A stretch of DNA of 63,990 nt, the filler included, from Jimgerdemannia flammicorona (lineage: Eukaryota), in NCBI GenBank assembly GCA_003990765.1. It is 3 parts of 3 records of this genome, joined end to end, with 100 filler letters (N's around TTAATTAATTAA, not from the genome) between each part and the next. Parts side by side here need not be neighbours in the genome. Positions count along the whole stretch, not along the records: positions 43,212 to 63,990 come from RBNJ01001589.1; 2 more parts are not named here. One strand, given 5' to 3'. Positions 51,277 to 63,990 of the stretch are shown piece after piece. How positions within the stretch are numbered: the first letter of the stretch is position 1; each line of letters opens with the position of its first letter. Made by a program: the position numbers and the translations under genes. The notes under the pieces were generated by a model. It ran no database searches, was not told the origin of the DNA, and saw nothing but the letters and a program-made list of their open reading frames with translations.

Positions 51277-51512
51277 GACTCATTGGCAAGAATTGGCTGT
51301 CCTTGTATAAGGTGAGGGCCAAAGTATCATCTTGATCAGATGAGAACTGGTTCGAACCTCGTTAGTTGTAGGATTTATAGAGTTCTCCTGTATCTCTTGC
51401 TTCTGATGCTGTATCCCTTAGAGAGCCCTGATGCGTAATGTGCCTGATCAGTACAGTAGGTCATCTACTATTCAAGAGGAGAACCTCATGGGCAGTCAAT
51501 AAGTTCCTTTTT
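51277..51512 (+). ncRNA. Candidate structured Pol III-type ncRNA, copy 3 (antisense to G3, divergent)
   Basis: A-box TGGCAAGAATTGG 51284-51296; perfect B-box GGTTCGAACC 51349-51358; TATTGACT/AGTCAATA terminal pairing; TTTTT 51508-51512. Confidence 0.62.
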
Positions 51513-54500
51513 GTTTGAACTCTTAGATGAGGTCTTGGGAGTTCTTGAGATTGGCGGCAGGTTCCCAGATAGTGTCATATTCAGAGTAACCCATCCACTT
51601 GACTAGGTATTCTGTGCAATGGTATCAGACTCGTTTGTCTAAGATTTTCTTGACTTCATACTCAATGTGGTCTTCAACTATGACTAGTGCTGATGGTGTT
51701 GAAATTCGGCCAGGGTATGGGGGTGACTGGTTCCAGGCCTTGAGTTGTGACATATGGAATACTGGGTGTATATACATAGTTGTTGGCAAGTTGAGATAGT
51801 AAGCCTAGGTAGAGACTTGCTCAGTGATCTTGAAGGGTCCAAGGTACTTGGGCTGGAATTTGGCTGACTGGCAGTTGACTTGAGATTGAGCCTTGATATT
51901 GTCAGCTTTGAGTAGAACCATATCACCAATGTTGTATATGACATCTCACCACTTCTTATCTGCATACTTAGCTTAATGTTGCTGAGCCTTTTGCAGATTT
52001 GTAGTGGTGATCTTGAAAAGGGAATCTATTTTATCAATAAGGTTCTGAGCTGTAGGGACTTGAGTGTAACTGGATTGCTGGAATTAGACTAGACTTGCAG
52101 GGGTCTCAGGATTTTGACCATAAAGTAGCTGAAATGGGGAAAGACCAGTTGATGATTAGTTGGTAGTGTTGTAGGTGAACTCAGTGTAGGTCAGATAGTG
52201 GTCCCAATCATCTTACTCATAAGACATATAGTTTCTGAGCATTTGTTCAAGTGTTCTGTTCATTTGCTCTGTCTGTCTATCAGTTTGAGAATGAAAGGCA
52301 GTGGACATAGCAATTTGGGTTCCAAGGGTCTTGAAGAGTGCTTGCCAGAAGTGACTTGTGAACTTGGGGTCATGGTTACTGATAATTACTTGGGGAAGTC
52401 CATAATGGCAGAAGACAGTCTTGAAGAAGATTCTTGTAATTTCTGGGATAGTGGTATTAGTTGTGGTTGGCTCGGCAATTGTAATCTTGGTGAGATGGTC
52501 CACAAACACAACAATGGCATCATAGCCTGTTTTGGTTCATGGAAGTTGCACAATGAAGTCCATTGTAACTTGTTTGAACTTCTTGATCAGAATTGACAAG
52601 GGTTGTAGAAGACCGGCAGGTGCTTGGTTACTTGACTTATTTCTTTGGCAAAGATCACAGCTTTGGACATACTCCTTGATTTCCTTGAGCATATTTGGCC
52701 AGTAATAGTCTCATTGGATATTCTTGATGGTCTTCTCAGTTCCAAGGTGGCCAGCTAGTGGGGAGTCATGGTATTCATGAAGAATCTTGTACCATAGTTC
52801 AGGGTTGGCAGAAATATATACTTTGTCTTAATAGTACATGAGGTTGTCTTTGATGGTGTACTTTTTCTTGAATTTCTTGGTGTTCCTTTGTAGAACCAGA
52901 GAGTCTTGTTCGTATATCTTCTTGATCTGGTTGAGGAATTCAGGTGACATGGTGACTTGTAAAATCGTGGCAAGGTCAGGTCTCCTTGAAAGTATATCTG
53001 GTACAACTAGAGTTTTGCCAGGCTTGTAGATGATGTTTGGAGTAAAAGTCTGAAGTAGTTGGCTCCACTTGGCTTGTTGGCAAGAAAGGGTTGGTTGAGT
53101 GTTGATGTACTGAAGGGACCTGTGATCAGTGATCATGTTGAACTCAACTCCTTCTAGATAGTGTCACTAGATCTTGAGGGCATGCATGATTGCCAGGAGT
53201 TCCTTTTCATGAGTAGCCAGCTTTTGTTCTGCTGGGGACAATTTTCTTAACTCAAAGGCAATAGATTGGTGTCCTTGACCATCATCTTGAGAAATGACTG
53301 CACTAATGGCAAAGTTAGATGCATCTGTAGTGACCATGAACTTCAAGTTTAGGTCCATGTTTCTAAGATCAGTGAGGTTTGCTGGTATAGGCCACTGTTC
53401 AATGGCTTGTATTTTTCTTGGATCTACTTGAATTCCTTTGGCTGATATAATGTGTCCAAGGTATTTGACTTGATCCTTGAAAAATTCACATTTCTTGAGC
53501 TTTGCATAGAGCTTGTTCTCATGGAGGATCTTGAGGACTTGTTCGATGTGCTTGAGGTATTCTTCTTCAGTGCTACTGAAGATCAGGATGTCATCAATAT
53601 ATATAAGTATGAAGATATAGAGCTGATCCTTGAAGACAGTTTGCATGAGGTCTTGAAAGGTTGCTGGTGCATTGGTGAGACCAAAGGCCATGACTAGAAA
53701 TTCGTAGAGTCCAAAGGGTATCATGAAGGCAGTCTTGGGTATGTCTTCTGGCTTGATTCGAATTTGGTGATATCCAGAGGTGAGATCAATCTTGGTGAAG
53801 TACTTGGCATTCTTGAGAGTATCAAAGATTTGATCTATGAGCAGTAGCAGATAATGGTTCTTAACTGTGATCTTGTTGAGTACATGGTAGTCTATGCACA
53901 TTCACAGAGTATCATCCTTTTTCTTGACAAATAGGACTGGGGAGCCAAAGAGTGACTTGCTTGGTTGAATGGCTCCTCACTCAATGAGTTCATTGAGTTC
54001 CTTCTTGACTGTTTCAATTTCGAGTGAAGACATGTGGTACATTTTCTTCTTAGGTATAGCTGTATTAGGTACCACTTGATTTCATAGTCATGGTCTCTTG
54101 AAGGTGGTAGACCAGGTAGTTTGTCCAGAAAGACATCCTTGTACTTGTTCAGCAGTAACTTGACACTTTCACTAATTGATAGCTTCTTGTCTTCTTTCTT
54201 TGGTCAGATCAGTGCCACAAAGGCACAGGTAGCTTTCTTGAGGGCCTTCTTGAACTGGATTGCTGAGAGGGTAGCAATTGGGGTTCTCATCTGAGTCTTG
54301 TCTAGCTTGATGGTAATGTTGGCTCCATCCTGAATCAAGGTGACTTCATTCTTGGTCCAATCAATCTGAGGGTTGTGTCATATAAGCCAGGGTTTGCCTA
54401 GGATCAGGTCATGGTCTCCTAGTGGTGCTACTTCGAAATCTAAATGTTCCCAGTACTTCTGGATCTTGAGGGGAAGTTTAGTGGCAATTGAGTCAATTGG

Positions 54501-56077
54501 TAAGGTGGTGTCATCTGTAGTGACAACTCCACCATTCTTGCCAGCTGGTTTGGTGAGAATCTTGAGCTTATTGATGAGATTCTTGTTGATGAAGTTCCCA
54601 ACAGCTCCACTGTCTATGAGAACATCTAGCTCTTGTTCCTTGACTAGACCTTTGAAGATGAGCATTGAATTGGCTCAGTTCTCAGCTATACTTGCAACTT
54701 TGTCAGTACTGCCAAAGCCTTTCTGATCTCACTTAGTAAAAGACAGCTTGGTGACTTCTTTGACAACTGGTAGGGTGACTCACTCCAGAATGAGCTGTAC
54801 AATTCTATCTCCTTCATTGATGATATATGGCTGGTTCTTGTGGTTGACTAGCAGAACTTGCATTTTACCTCAGAAGTCAGGGTTAATAACTCCAGCACCA
54901 ATATCTAATGAGTACTTGAAACTGAGGCCAGATCTTGGTGCAATTCTTGCATAATGTTCCTTGGGGATTTTGACTGAAAGGCCAGTTGGAATGAGCCTTC
55001 TCTCATGTACTGGAATAGTGACTTGTTGTACTGCTTGAAGGTCCAAACCAATGGCTCCTTCTGACTGTACTTGAGGGATCTGGGCCTTGGAGTTAACTTG
55101 CATGAAATTGAGTACCGCTTCTTGTTCAACTGGTTGACCTTGGGTGTCTTTGGACAGGACCAGGATCCTCTTTGGTTCAGCAGTTTTCTTGGGACATTTG
55201 GTTGCAATGTGACCAAGCTGATGACAAAAGGAGCAGGCTCCAGCCTTCTTGAGGTGCTCCTTTTCCTTGGGTGTAAGCTTGCCTTTCTTACTCTTGTCGA
55301 TGGTGTCTAGGTCCATGGGGGCAGGTCCAACAGTTCTGACTTTGGGTTCCTCCCTTCTGTGGTTGTTGTTGTTGAAAGGCAGTCTCTTCTGTTTGAAGCG
55401 ATGACCATAGGTAATGACATCAAACTTATCAGCAATTTTCATTGCTGTATCTAGGTCCTTGGGTTCTTCTAGTTTAACATGAACTTGGGTTTGACCTTTC
55501 AGGCCTCGGATGTACTTGTTGACCTTCTCATCTTTAGTGACATGTGGTAATTCTAGCAGGATTGACAGAAATTGTGCATTGTATACTTGCACAGACTTGA
55601 GTTGTTTGACATTTGCCAGATGGTCTCATACAGTCTTGGTGCTGTTGACTGGTTTGAATTGGCCTTGAATAGCATCAGAGAATTCACTCCAGGTCTTGAT
55701 TTGGCCAGAGAATCTGGTATTCTGGATATGATTTTACCTCCATATTGCTCTAATTGGAAAAGCCAGGCATCAGTAGACAGTCCTCCTCTTTGACCATCAA
55801 AGGTGTCAGGCTTCTGAGGCTTGATAGTGACTGCTGTCAGATGTATTGATGTTGGTGGAGGTATAGAGATATGAGCGGGGGCCTTGCTTTTCTTTCTTTC
55901 TATATATTCTTGAAGTTGAGCAATCTGAGCTAATGCAGTCTGCAAAAGACTCTCGATGGCCCCATTCAACTGAGTAGGGTTTTGCTGTTCCTCTTCTTCT
56001 TGCTGATTGTACTGATTGTATGAGGCATTGCCTGGAATGTAGGTACTGTATGAAGGGTTCCACCTGTTGTCCTCCAT
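51497..56077 (-). pseudogene. G3 gag-dUTPase-PR-RT-RH-IN-chromodomain
   Basis: KPDTFDG; CSFCHQLGHIATKC; dUTPase GLDL, PRSGLS, AGVINPDF, KGFGST (~54705-55105); LIDSGAVGNF; YIDDIL; TTDAS; chromodomain EYEVKKIL..YLVKWMGY..IWEP. Confidence 0.93.
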
Positions 56078-56145
56078 AGTGTTGTGACTGATATCTTGAG
56101 AGGTGTCTTGATAAGGCTAGGTGTAACTTCACTGCTGCTATCAAG

Positions 56146-56558
56146 TATAATGGTTCTAGTTTCTAAATGAGGAAGCAACTAATTCTGGTAGTCCTAAATA
56201 GCTCGAAGAGATACTAAGGATTCAAGTGTTCTCAAAGGATTTCTGAGAGAAAATATTCTGAGACTTTATTCATGAGAATAAAGGGGATATTTATACAAGA
56301 TCTGAAAGAAGGATCTGGAAGGATCTGGAAGGATCTGAGAAATCAAAGGAAAATGCCAAGAGAAAAGTTCTCAGCAAAGATGACAAATGATAACAAATAA
56401 AGTTCTACAAGTTTCCAGAACAATCAGTGACTAACTAAATAAGTACTAGAGGAGGCTCGGTACCAAGAAAGGATTTCTAAGCATTCGGAAAGTACCAGAA
56501 GGTTGTAGAATATTGAAGAAAGACAAAGAAAAGAAATAAACTATGCTAAAATGTTACA
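56146..56558 (-). repeat. G3 5' LTR (413 bp)
   Basis: Repeat of 50780-51182 with one extra GGATCTGGAA unit. Confidence 0.95.
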
Positions 56559-59251
56559 GATATAGCTATCAATGATATTGTTATACTACTGCTCATCTAT
56601 GAGCTTAGGTGTCTTGCTCTTGTTCTTGTATACTGAGTATATAAAGACTTCTGTATCTTCTTCATCTCCTTCCTCCATATCTGATAGTACTCCTTTGTGG
56701 ACATTAATAGAGACTTATATCTTTCTTCTTCTATAGTTGATCTGTATCTTCTGAGTATTGAGATCAATGACAGTTTTGGCCTTATGAAGTCATTGATTGC
56801 CAATGAGGATGTTATAGTTAGTGATACTTATAACAATCACATCTACTAGAATGGTATTGATGGGGACTTCTCAGATCTTGTCTAGAGGGATAGCTTATAT
56901 ACTATCTGCTATAATGTAGACCATTTTGGTAGACTCTTCAATGTTCCAGCCTAGGTAGTCAATTGTCTTCTTACTTATGAGATATCCTCTAGCACTAGTA
57001 TCAATGATAGCATTAAAGCTACAATCTTCAATCTGACATAGGGTATAGGCTGATGTCTTATGCTGGTCTTCAGATTTTTTGTCTAAGTCTTCTTATTTAT
57101 CTCCTTGTACATTGTGAACTTCTATGATCTTGTACTCTTAGTTCTTGACAGTGGTTGCAAGTCCTACTCTCAACTGCTGTCTGAAGGCAGAGACTTTAGC
57201 TAGTTGTTCAAAAGTAGCATTGACCTTCTGTTCCTTGAGATCCTTATAGATATCATACTGGTGGATCTTAGTCTTGCACAGCTTCTGTTCTTTCTTACTT
57301 TCACTTTCTCCTGAGACTGGAGTAGTGTCTTTAATAATTTGGCAGATAGCTTCATCTAACTCTATGTCTTGATCAATCTCCTCAGATTGGGTCTTACTTT
57401 GAATAGTAACAGCTGGGGTCTTCTTTGATCTTCCAACTAGCTTGTTACTCTTCTTGTTATAGGGCTTGGACCAGATTCTGGTATCTTCAGTAACAGGGCA
57501 GAATTCAGACTCTTTGTAGTATTCTTCATCATTAGTATCACCAATCTCCTCAATGACTACTGCATTGATTTGTTCTCTAGTTCTGGTAGTATTGCTTAGT
57601 TGGGCTTTGCATCTTGTTTTGGTTATACAACTTTTTGCATAGTGGCCTTCTTCTCTATATTTGAAGTATATAATATTGCATTCTTCTATAGTAACTGCAA
57701 ATCTCTGTACTAGTCTCCTATTGGTATTTCAGACTTCTCTAACAACATCACTAAGGTATGCAGTCATCTTGGTAAACTGCTTGGTGAGTTCCTCCACTGG
57801 ATCAGCTTTAACTATCTTGGGAATAGGTGGAGATAGTTGTCTATTTACAACTATAGTGGGTATTATACTGATTGACTTTGATGGCTCTATCTTGATACCA
57901 GTTATTTTCTCTATTGAGTGTTTGGTAGAGTGTCTGACAGTCCAATATCTCTATGCAAAGATCACTTTCTGGTCAAGAGTCAGAGCAGCTGGGGTAGACT
58001 GGATTGCTAAGGCAATTTCAGGGTGAACTCCTTTGAGGAAGGTTGAATCAGCTATTTATTCCTTAAGAGCATCATCATAATCAGCCAAGACAATCTAGTG
58101 GTAGATTCAGGTATAGAATGAGTTGGGATCTTTACTGAGTCTCTGGCAGATAGTGTTGAGTTGATTCTTGAGAGCTTACTTGATCTCTTCAGTATAGTAT
58201 GTAGTTCTGAGGAAGGTCTTTATATTGGCAAGTTTGGCTGCACCAGTATCAGCAATAGTGGCTATATTGAACTTGTCTCTAGCAGGTCCTCTGAGACTGA
58301 CTGATAGAAGGGCCAATTGTATATCTATGATGAGGGCTCATATAGTAGTAAATTGTTTAAAGTCTTCAATAAAGGTTAGGATTAACACTTTAGTAGTATA
58401 TCTATAGAATGTAGAGGGACACATTTCCATCTTATCTTGAATTCTTGCAGAGGTGACTTTTGTAGTCAGAGTAGTTGTTGTAGTAGTTGTTTGTTTTTCA
58501 GCTTGAAAGTGAGGGATTTATCTTGAATCACCAGCCAATGGGTACCAAGTTGTCACATAGTAGTCACTGAGTTCTTCAAATATATCAGATTCTCTCTAAG
58601 GTATATCTCTTAGACTAATCACAAGTTTGTTATAAGCAAGTTCTTATTGAAGTATCTTCTCAAGATCTTATAGTCCTCAAACTTCTTATCTTTAAACTAT
58701 TTTGTTATCTCTTAGATTTCTTGTATGAAATTGAGTGTAAGTGAACTGGAACTAACTTTATTTTAAAGAAAATAAGAGGGGTATTTATATAAAATATAAT
58801 TCAATGATTGCTATATTATAAAGCTAAATATAAATTCCAATAACCAAATAAAATACTGGAATACAGAAAACTACAGTTGTAAGTACAAGTTCAAGTATCT
58901 GTATAAATAGTTGTACAAGTTTAGAATATCAGTAGATTTCAGTGGTACAGAAAAAAGATATCAGAAGAATTTCTGAGTTATACAAGATCAGAATGCCAGA
59001 AGAATAATAGTTACACAGAAAAAGGATACTAGTAGAATTCAGTCTTACCAAGAACTTAGAGCAGAAAGTTCAGGACTATAGAGGCTTTATCTTTATCACT
59101 ATCATTAAGGCCAGAGATCAGAGACAGAATGTCTTCAAAGGAGATGAGGTCTGCAAATATTTTGTCCATTTCACATATATTGTACATTTCATATATTTTG
59201 CATATATCATATAGAATGATGTCATCATTGATGATATTATTGCAGATGACA

Positions 59252-59928
59252 TTATCTCATTTAGTGATAGAAAAAGCAAGGAGGTTTGGAGCTCTCCAAT
59301 CTATGAGATTCTCTTCTACAAAATAAGAGATAAATGTAGAGTCTTGGGGAGGTCTAACCCAGATACTGGGGCCTTAGAATGCTGAGATCAATTCTTATAG
59401 GAATTGATCAGAATTGTTCTTGAGGATAGGGTTCCAGAACTCTTCTACCTCATCACTATTGAGGGTGATAATAGACTGAGCTTCTGTGGCCACCATGGCC
59501 TCTAGTATATTAGTATAGTAGACTGACAGTTCTTTGAAGTCTGAGATCTTAGTATACTCTAAGTTGGAGATTAATCATGGTGTATGTCTGAAGACCTGAT
59601 AAATCTTTTTGGCTATTCTTATTTCATATACATCTATGGGAGTGGTATCTTATATTTCTTAGTAACTGGTCTGAGAAAATTCCTGGTAGCAGAGATTTCC
59701 TATTTCATACTTCTGCTATATTCAGAGATATTCAGTAGCAATAGTGATCCTTGTTTCCATTTTATAGCAGTAGAGGATATAATGATAAGAATTGCCAGTA
59801 CCCAGGTTGAGGCTAGAAGTCCTTCTTATATGAGTCTCCATAGCTCTCCTGATGTCTTGGAACATCCTATCCTAAACTGAGGGACCTTGGTGATTCCTGG
59901 ACCTTGAGGTTTAGTAAGTGATAGGTAT
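59252..59928 (-). pseudogene. Third ORF3 homologue (element G7 remnant), truncated by the G6 LTR
   Basis: (M)PITY*..SSLNLGTGNSYHYILYCYK..QKYEI..IAKKIYQVFRHTP*LISNLEY..FWNPILKNNSDQFL. Confidence 0.8.
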
Positions 59929-61690
59929 TTTGTTTATAGTAAGTCTTTAGAACAATTTCTATAAGCTTTGTTTGGATTACTACTACTGTAGTTTCTTGAT
60001 CTTCTTTATATTCCTTGAGATATCTATCTTGTGGTCACAATGACTCATGATTAGTCATCATTGCTCATCTTATAGCTCAGATGAGTCATACCATATGATC
60101 TTCTTATACTCCAATCTGGTGGCTTGTAAGAAAAGACTGTCTTCTGTACTGATATCATTATTCTGAGATCACTATTACTATACTAATATAAAGAGCTTAA
60201 GTAAGTTTAGCCACTTGGTCAGTCAATACTGTTATCTTATTATCTACTGATATTATTCTGCTATCTCTATTGTCTACTTAATAAGATAGTTAAGATTCTT
60301 TCTCTATTGTTATAGTATATTGATCATGATTGAGAGTTGATTCTTTTATAATATCACTGAGGTAGGTGAGCCTATAGGCTAGTAGTCTCAATAGAGTAGC
60401 TGTTGAATCTACTATAATTCTTGATAGGCTTGATATTCTTAATAGTGGTTCTATAATAGTACTAGGGTCACTAAGATTAGGTTCAGATATTTCTTTAATT
60501 ATTCTCTAGATTTGAATAATATAGTAAGAACCTCACTAGATCTGACAGCTTATGTTTCTTATTACTAGATTATTCTTACTTATATATAGAGAATTTAAAA
60601 TTTCTTTTTATAGGTATAGTATTTCTTATAGTTCATAAAAGCCTTGGCTTTATAGTAGTAATTATTTAAGAGAAGGTTCAGAATGTATTTACTTATAGTC
60701 TTAATAGATTCTTATATATGTTTTTTGTAAAAGTAGCTACTGACTAGTTTGTTAAATTTCTCCTTAAGTTTTAAAATATAGAGAACTTCTTTGTTGAGGG
60801 CAAAAAAAGTATTGAATACTTTTTGAATAATTTTATTATTGAGTCTAGAGAGTATTTAGAGTGAAAATACTTCTTAACTATTATCAACAATGTTGGTGAT
60901 ATTGATTAGTTCTGATTATCTGTAGTAAGTTCTTAAAGAAAGGTTGTTTATGAGTAGAGAGTAACTTCTACTACTACCAAATTATAATAAAACTATATAC
61001 TGATAAAATTAATATATTATAGATAATTAATAGTAACTATTAGTCCTAGGTTTTAAGTTCTTGAGGAAGTGCTAAGTTTTAATTGTCTATTGTAGCAAAG
61101 TTTGACTATATTACTTTTGAGTCCTAATATCAGTAGAGAAGGCCATACTTGTATTCTAAGTTAATTAGGCTCAGAATTATTAACAAGTCAGATCTGAGAA
61201 GTCTTATAATAAGAATACTATTTTTATTTTTATATTTGAGGAAAGTGGAGCTAAAGTTTCAATACACTCAATATAGAGAGTATTTATACATATTAGAGAC
61301 TATGACTAAATATAGTACACTGGATATATCTATATATAGTTATACTACTATAACTATTAGTCAGAAATTCTATTGAAATTTCTACATCAGAAATTCCAGA
61401 GACTTGTAACAATTTGTTATATTTAGTAATATTATCATTATGATATTAGAGTATAATAAATAGTTATTATAAAATTTATATAGTATTATAAAATTATACA
61501 GTGTTTCTATTTTCGAAATTGTCAAAATTTGACTTGACCTTATAAAAAGCTCCTCTTTTAAATCTATCAATAAATATTTTTATAAAAACCATTATTTAAT
61601 ATCTTTTTTTTTTATAATGTTCTATACTTTTAAAGTTTACTGAGATTTATAGATTAGCAGGACTGTATAGGCATCAATTTTTTTTGAGAC
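59929..61690. other. Heavily decayed AT-rich repeat remnants (unassigned); 59929-60150 resembles the region upstream of G5 ORF3
   Basis: CpG-free and TpA-rich; shares ATGAGTCATA and CTGGTGGCTTG with 35000-35090. Confidence 0.5.
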
Positions 61691-61997
61691 AGACTTAGTG
61701 CACCATATGAAATATCAGGCTGTAATATTGCCGGGATCACATGCATCATTGTCGTCATCAATCTCATTTTTGCGGAAATGGAAACCAAAATTATAGATAA
61801 ACCCCATGTTTGCTTCTAAGCAAACCACGTCACAACCACCCGGCTCCATCACAGTGGTGAAGGAATCGAAAACTAATCCAACTGTATATCTAAAAAACGA
61901 ACACGATATTATCGGGGGTTCCTCTTCAATCTTCAATCGCAATATACGACATAACCGCCACACTTCTTTCCAACCCACTTCGTACAATTTTTTTTTT

Positions 61998-63982
61998 CTA
62001 AAATAGCAACTCTTTTAGCCGCCTTATCAACATTTGGATGTAGCTGTTTCGCGAGCGGTAGTTGATGCCAGCAGTTTCTTGAGTCTTTAAGGAAGAGAAT
62101 AAATGAGAAAACGCATGTAATGAGTAAGGGGCATAAATATTTTCCGGGTTGTCTTTCGTTTCGACGCAATGATTATTCATTTTCTCGTCACTGTCATCCA
62201 GTCATCCACACACCTCCCTATTCCATCACCTTAGGCAGGGACTCGGCCATGCTCTATAATAAAATCAATTTCCCACTTACCAATTCCACCGGCGCCAGCT
62301 TATTCAGTATAGGCTGCAACACAATGCTCGAATCCTGCTTCAATACATCCACGTCCGCAATGGGCGGCTGGGAGCCCTTGCCCTTCGCGATGGACGACCG
62401 ACCACCGTAATCCATGTCCGCGGTAGAACTTCGAGAGTAGTCGTCGTCAAAGCTAGGCGAGGACGTCGAGGCGTTGTATCGGTTCAGGTAGAAATCGAGG
62501 TGGCGCCATTGTAGCAGGAGGGCGTTCTCGATGATGTCTATTAGGGAACAAGATTGTAAGTGGAGAATCCCGATGACACTATAAATATCTTTAGAAATAA
62601 TGCATAGTGAACCTCAAACATTGAATTGATGCATACATAGAGCATTATTGATTTCCCTCGTCTTATCCACCAGCATTTTCTGAAGCTCTCTTAATGCAAG
62701 CTGCTGACGTTGCGACAGTGACAACTCGCCATAGAGATCATCCGAAGAGGAGGAAACGATCTACATTATGCGTGATAACGAAGGGTCGCAGATAAACACG
62801 CTGACCTAACCATGCAAGCATGATCGAAGGGAAGCTCCCACAATTCTCGACTGCAAAACCTCCCCAATGCTTACGTCTTTGATTTCATCTATTGTCAACG
62901 TGCTCATATCATTCACTTTCTCAGACAGATCCTTGTGCTCGCTTAGCTTCTGGGTTATCGTATTCACGCAGTTCCGCAGGAAGATGACGAGCGTCGCCAA
63001 AGACGGGGTGGTAGATGCACCTGAACAATAGAGGCACCAAAGAAAAGCATACCATCGGTATTCCATAACAATTCGTGAAAACAATCCCCTTGCTAGATCT
63101 CAGCATCATTTCCCGCAACTCACCAGGCCCTCCTTCTCCGTCTTTCGTCGATGACAAGGTCCATACAAACACGGGCTTGATAATTTTGATCGCTGATGAG
63201 AGCGACAAACAAAATGATTGGGTTAGCACACGAAAACCAATGACAGCAATAGCTTGAACAAAATGCACTATTGCGGTATGCCAAACAATTCGTACTTCGT
63301 TCGCCATTCGAATCCGTCAGCTGCTGACAATATCCAAGCAAGTTCTTACACAGGTCCAACACAATGTCATCGGCCTCTTTTCGGAACAGCGATTTGTCTA
63401 AGGACCTTCCCAGATCTGCTTCGTGAAATAAAGGAATGGGATCAGTGATGTTCCAGGATAGCAACAAACGATTCCACAGAGTTGCTCACATCTGACGGAT
63501 GCCCTCTCCTTTTCTCGCTCTATATCCGTCACTGGCTTTAGCCGAAGACTCCAACGGTCCGGGATGAAATATTTGGGAATCAAACCCAGGGTTTGGACGT
63601 GGAATGTGCTCCAGGCAAGGCCAGACTGAATGGAAGAATGATACATGATGAACACGAGGAACATAGAGAGTGTATTAGGAGAGACCATAAATCGGCATGA
63701 AGAAAGGAAAAAGGTAAAAGGGAAAAGGGATAAGGGAAAAGAGAAAAGGAAAAAGGGAAAAGGGAAAAGGGATAAGGGAAAAGAGAAAAGGGAAAAGGGA
63801 AAAGGGAAAAGGGAAGACTCATGACTGACCATCTTATCAGCGATCTCGGAGCGACTGCTCAAATAATAGAATACAGCTGTGACGAGTTTCAGCTGCGTCA
63901 ACGACGTCAGTGTCACCAACTCCGCGTTATCCCTCAGAATTGCTGTCAGGATGTCTTGATGATACCCTACCCAGGTGACCAC
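61998..63982 (-). CDS. NUP205: Nucleoporin Nup192/NUP205, C-terminal eight exons (gene continues beyond the window)
   Basis: Phase-consistent GT-AG exons 63830-63982, 63490-63625, 63296-63415, 63124-63192, 62875-63020, 62637-62760, 62281-62537, 61998-62084; YIIENALLLQWRHLDFYL and SRNSYIQMLIRRLKELL match the NUP205 C-terminal motifs as I recall them; CpG-rich, no stops. Confidence 0.85.
63700..63816. repeat. Intronic polypurine simple repeat (GGGAAAA)n
   Basis: Degenerate 7-mer array inside intron 63626-63829. Confidence 0.9.
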
Positions 63983-63990
63983 CTAAAAAA

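Larger units (their letters stand above)
50780..56558 (-). mobile_element. Full-length Ty3/Gypsy chromovirus G3 with GATAT target-site duplication
   Basis: Paired LTRs; TSD GATAT at 50775-50779 and 56559-56563; PBS TGATAGCAGCAG 56132-56143; PPT 51183-51195. Confidence 0.96.
49443..59251 (-). mobile_element. Old non-chromoviral Gypsy G6 (5' LTR-gag-PR-dUTPase-RT, 3'-truncated), host of G3
   Basis: Putative LTR 58551-59251 (TGTCA..TGACA), PBS TGGTACCCATTGG at ~58535-58547; gag ~57600-58430; protease IIDTSARG ~57000; RT to VYINNI ~49460. Confidence 0.82.

Noticed and set aside
51277..51360. Possible tRNA gene (A and B boxes)
   Set aside because: No cloverleaf or anticodon arm; box spacing is too long and the paired 3' end lies ~140 nt beyond the B box.
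53340..53380. RT fused directly to RNase H in G3 (LTDLRNMDLNLKF)
   Set aside because: Simple internal deletion of the connection region in a dead copy.
63398..63982. 194-aa and 80-aa Phe/Pro-rich ORFs
   Set aside because: Read-through of a Nup192 intron containing a simple repeat.

Overview
Eukaryotic (very likely fungal) nested-retrotransposon graveyard from 1 to ~61.7 kb, followed by the 3' eight exons of an intact intron-containing host gene on the minus strand (Nup192/NUP205 nucleoporin C-terminus, 61998-63982). Two 100-bp scaffold gaps carry an artificial TTAATTAATTAA spacer. The repeats are (i) L1/Tx1-type LINEs: two near-full-length copies of family A (1-5857 minus, 37253-43111 plus), a 5'-truncated copy with TSD, and fragments of a second family B; and (ii) at least seven Ty3/Gypsy LTR elements (labelled G1-G7), five of which carry dUTPase or a remnant of it. 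All TE ORFs are decayed by C>T/G>A transitions. The most notable observation is an unexplained accessory module downstream of pol, shared by otherwise divergent Gypsy lineages. One part is a ~235-250 nt antisense structured ncRNA candidate with tRNA-type A/B boxes, a terminal stem and a T-run terminator (copies at 14364, 35230, 51277). The other is an unknown ~290-aa 'ORF3' protein with its own TATA box (clear homologues at 13249-14109, 23157-24039, 59252-59928; possible distant ones at 33086-33601 and inside the putative LTR at 47678-48775). All alignments and translations were done by eye; no database search was possible.
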